A DNA stretch of 29,195 nucleotides from Bacteroidales bacterium (GTDB lineage Bacteria > Bacteroidota > Bacteroidia > Bacteroidales > UBA12077), in assembly GCA_028282585.1 (NCBI GenBank), contig JANQHR010000022.1:1-29195 (forward strand), given 5' to 3'. The position numbers and the translations under genes were made by a program. The notes beneath the pieces are model-generated. The model was not told the origin of the DNA and did no database searches. It saw nothing but the letters and a program-made list of their open reading frames with translations. Below are positions 26,244-29,195 of this stretch, one piece after another. How positions within the stretch are numbered: position 1 is the stretch's first letter; each line of letters opens with the position of its first letter.

Positions 26244-26853
26244 TAAAGTTTTTTACAACGATCGAGTAGTTTTTTTTATCGATAATGTTCTAAATTACAT
26301 TGAACAGGATGATAATAAGATTCATTACTTTAATAATAAAAAACAACTTAGAAAAGCATTAAATATTTTTATAAAAGATGAACAACTTAAAAGTTTATAC
26401 ATAGTTCATAAAGATATTGATCTTGTATTTAGCAAATTTTCAAGTTTATATGAACTAATAGAAGCCTCGGGAGGATTGGTAAAAAACGGTGATCAAAAGA
26501 TTTTAGTTATTTTCAGGCGGGGAAAATGGGATTTGCCAAAAGGAAAACTAAAAAAAAATGAACTACCAGAAATCAGTGCAATTAGAGAAGTAGAAGAAGA
26601 ATGTGGAATACAAGATCTTGAAATCAAAAAACTAGTAGAAATCACGTATCACACCTATGAAATTTCAGATAAGGACATCCTTAAAAGAACATATTGGTAT
26701 GAAATGATACACAAGGGTAACCAAAATCCAACTCCTCAAATTGAAGAAGAAATTACTGAAGCTAAATGGGTTAAGAGTGATCAAATGTTTGAAATTACAA
26801 ATAATACCTTCCTTTCGATAATAGATGTATTCAAGAAAACCAATTTAATTTAA
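26239..26853 (+). CDS. NUDIX hydrolase (start MYKVF at 26239, or 26230)
   Basis: WDLPKGK and Nudix box ..E....SAIREVEEECG. Confidence 0.92.
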   Translation: MYKVFYNDRVVFFIDNVLNYIEQDDNKIHYFNNKKQLRKALNIFIKDEQLKSLYIVHKDIDLVFSKFSSLYELIEASGGLVKNGDQKILVIFRRGKWDLPKGKLKKNELPEISAIREVEEECGIQDLEIKKLVEITYHTYEISDKDILKRTYWYEMIHKGNQNPTPQIEEEITEAKWVKSDQMFEITNNTFLSIIDVFKKTNLI

Positions 26854-28364
26854 ATATCGCCATTAGCACGCATTATTTTAAAAATAGCAAATTCTGAGTT
26901 TTGGTCAGGTGAAGGTGCCGGAGTAATTGCCAATTTGCCTTCCTTGTCAATAAAATAATAAGTTGGAAATGCTCTAATATCGTAATCCTTAAGAATATCA
27001 GACTGGTTCCCATAATATAAAAACTTAACTGAATAATTCTTCATTTCAATAAAACGTTTCATTTGAGGTAAACTTTCATCCATTGAAATGATAATTATCT
27101 CAAAATGATCTTTATGCTTTTTATATAAGTTCTCAAGCATAGCAAACTCCTTAATACAAGCGTAACTAGTTGTCGTACAAAATCCAAGGTAAACATATTT
27201 ACCTCTGTATGAATCAAGGCTTACCAAATTACTATCCTTATCGTAAAGTTCAAAATTTGGAGGTTCATAACCTAACATTAGTTTAGTTACTTTTTCTCTT
27301 ATATTATTTGCAATATATTTATGTGTTTTAATCGGAGTTTGTAAAGCCAAAGAGTCAAGAATTGTAAGCATTGCTGAACGTGAAAACTTATCATTATAAA
27401 ATTCATCATGCAAGCATTTAAGAATTACCAATTCTTTCAAAGTATCGTTTGCTAGAATAGAATCGTTCCCTAAAGTTCTCTTTAAAGAACTTATGCTTTT
27501 AAGTTTTCCTATATCATTATATATCTGTTTTCCACTCTCGGTCCTTCCAAAGTATAAAAAGTATTCATCATAAACTTGATTAAACAATTCCATATAAGCC
27601 GGGTTTTGGTATAGAATTTCATTGTTTAAATAAAAGGTATTTGAAATGCTCTTCATCTTTTGATTAGCTGAAGCGCTCTGATATTGAGCAAATTTATATC
27701 GCTTGAAATCATTAAAGAATTTATTATCAATATTTAAAAATAAAGAATCAACCTTCTGAATTTCATTGGTAACATCAAGCTGCTTTAAGTTCTTGGATAT
27801 ATAATTTGTGCTATTATTTACGATCCTCCTATATGATTCGGCTGAATATACCGTATCTACATCATTAAGTTTACTCTCATCCTGCACTTGTCTTATTTGA
27901 TCATAAATAGAGTATAGATCCATACTTCCCATGAATGAATAAATCTCATCAAAATAAGCCAATTGATAATTCAATTCATTTTCAGAAATATCAAGTAAAC
28001 CTAAATGATAATGGATCGGTTTAAAATACGGATTTAGTTTATCAACTAAAGTCTTCTCTCTTTTTTCAGGTAGTATCAGATTATAATTCTTTCCAGGCTC
28101 AACAAATAAAAAAGCCTCATAAACGCCTAAGTGAGCAAAAATGTAGATTGTTTCGTTTGTTTCAAATGAACAGACAAAATTACCATGGTCATCAACCTTT
28201 ATTTTGCAAAGTTCTTTCTCCGTGTAAGTAATTTGATCAGAAAAAGTCAAAAAAGTTATGTTAGTTCCTTTATAATCCGGTGCATTACCTTTTATAGTTA
28301 CTTTTTCGGCAAAAAGACCAAATGGTAATACCAATAGTATTAATAATAAAAACTTTTTCAACAT
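26850..28364 (-). CDS. Secreted protein with C-terminal TlpA/AhpC-TSA thioredoxin-like domain (non-canonical active site)
   Basis: Signal peptide. PPNFELYD...VSLDSYRGKYVYLGF, ISMDE and YDIRAFPTYYFIDKEGK. Active-site region reads FCTTTSYAC. Confidence 0.82.
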   Translation of the reverse strand: MLKKFLLLILLVLPFGLFAEKVTIKGNAPDYKGTNITFLTFSDQITYTEKELCKIKVDDHGNFVCSFETNETIYIFAHLGVYEAFLFVEPGKNYNLILPEKREKTLVDKLNPYFKPIHYHLGLLDISENELNYQLAYFDEIYSFMGSMDLYSIYDQIRQVQDESKLNDVDTVYSAESYRRIVNNSTNYISKNLKQLDVTNEIQKVDSLFLNIDNKFFNDFKRYKFAQYQSASANQKMKSISNTFYLNNEILYQNPAYMELFNQVYDEYFLYFGRTESGKQIYNDIGKLKSISSLKRTLGNDSILANDTLKELVILKCLHDEFYNDKFSRSAMLTILDSLALQTPIKTHKYIANNIREKVTKLMLGYEPPNFELYDKDSNLVSLDSYRGKYVYLGFCTTTSYACIKEFAMLENLYKKHKDHFEIIIISMDESLPQMKRFIEMKNYSVKFLYYGNQSDILKDYDIRAFPTYYFIDKEGKLAITPAPSPDQNSEFAIFKIMRANGDI

Positions 28365-28378
28365 ATCTAATCGGTCTT

Positions 28379-28840
28379 TTATTTCAATTTCATTTTTGCA
28401 GGAATAAACCTGCTTACATCACCACCATGTCTTACGATATCTCTTACTATCGATGAATTAATTGGTGTATGTTCAGGCATTGTTAAGAAGAATACCGTTT
28501 CAATTCCATCATACATTGCCTTATTTACTTGCGCAATTGCTCTCTCGTATTCAAAATCAGCAGCTGTTCTTAAGCCTCTAAGAATGTACCTTGCTCCAAT
28601 CGATTTGCAGAACTCAATTGTTAATCCTTCAAAATGAACAACTTCAATTTTGGGGTTTTCCTCAAAAACCTGATTAATAAACCCCTTTCTATCTTCTAAT
28701 GAAAAAAGTGCATCTTTCTTCGCATTAAACCCTACCGCAATATATATTTTATCAAATAATACTTGTGCCCTATTAACTACAGACTCATGTCCCAATGTAA
28801 AAGGATCAAAAGTTCCTGGGAATACTGCTATTTTTTCCAT
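28379..28840 (-). CDS. coaD: Phosphopantetheine adenylyltransferase (start ATG 28840)
   Basis: AVFPGTFDPFTLGH, RGLR...DFEYE and INSSIVR. Confidence 0.97.
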   Translation of the reverse strand: MEKIAVFPGTFDPFTLGHESVVNRAQVLFDKIYIAVGFNAKKDALFSLEDRKGFINQVFEENPKIEVVHFEGLTIEFCKSIGARYILRGLRTAADFEYERAIAQVNKAMYDGIETVFFLTMPEHTPINSSIVRDIVRHGGDVSRFIPAKMKLK

Positions 28841-29010
28841 ATTTGAATATTTAAATTGAACTAACAAACTTAAAACATTTGTTTGAATAATTCAGTCCGA
28901 TTCAATAATTCTATAATAAGAAACGATTTAAAATTTTGATTATTTGATTTGATATTTTATTATGTAATTATTAATTTTTCTATTTCATTATTAATATTAA
29001 TTTTAAGAAA

Positions 29011-29195
29011 ATGGATGAACGAAAAGATTACGAGACCCGAGCTGAAATAATAGTTAAGCAACTAAAAGCAAAAATTTATGAACTTGAAGCTGAAGCAATG
29101 GAAGCTAAGCTAAATGCTAAAAAAGATATAAATGAACTAGAAGAAAAAATCAAATCATTGGTAAATCAAAGGGCAAAATTAGATGAGAAATTTAA
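29011..29195 (+). CDS. Partial (3'-truncated) coiled-coil protein, resembling small Sll1863-like stress proteins
   Basis: Open frame to the window end: MDERKDYETRAEIIVKQLKAKIYELEAEAMEAKLNAKKDINELEEKIKSLVNQRAKLDEKF. Heptad pattern. Not in the ORF track. Confidence 0.7.
   Translation, partial: MDERKDYETRAEIIVKQLKAKIYELEAEAMEAKLNAKKDINELEEKIKSLVNQRAKLDEKF

Noticed and set aside
1-29195. CRISPR arrays, tRNA/rRNA, riboswitches, intact IS, integrase or prophage genes
   Set aside because: None recognisable. There are no regularly spaced direct repeats or transposase/integrase ORFs, and no attenuator upstream of pyrE.

Overview
AT-rich (roughly 30% GC by eye) bacterial chromosomal DNA with clear Bacteroidota signatures: TAnnTTTG -7 promoter boxes, T9SS-related genes, Q-rule signal peptides and an rsfS-ftsH-cdsA-psd cluster. 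It is probably a Bacteroidales-like organism. Most of the window is housekeeping or envelope genes: DUF5916 outer-membrane protein, SatP, MBL hydrolase, ECF sigma/anti-sigma/DUF4097-like trio, glutaminyl cyclase, PorV-like protein, pssA, purS, DAHP synthase-chorismate mutase, cydAB, AI-2E and EamA transporters, psd, cdsA, ftsH, rsfS, birA, pyrE, NUDIX, a TlpA-like protein and coaD. One small accessory islet holds an MNT-HEPN pair flanked by decayed palindromic repeats. I found no rRNA, tRNA, CRISPR array, intact transposase or large novel multi-gene system. The best observations are missing from the ORF track. (1) The cytochrome bd operon has an unannotated 34-aa single-TM CydX/CydY-like gene after cydB, while the DUF4492 gene that normally precedes cydA is a pseudogene lacking its TM helix. 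(2) pyrE and the NUDIX gene are head-to-head with essentially no spacer, and a perfect -7 box built on the NUDIX start codon predicts a leaderless pyrE mRNA. (3) Two intergenic hairpins have 7-nt periodicity. (4) Two candidate ECF promoters share the same spacing. All family calls come from motif recognition by eye, not from database searches.
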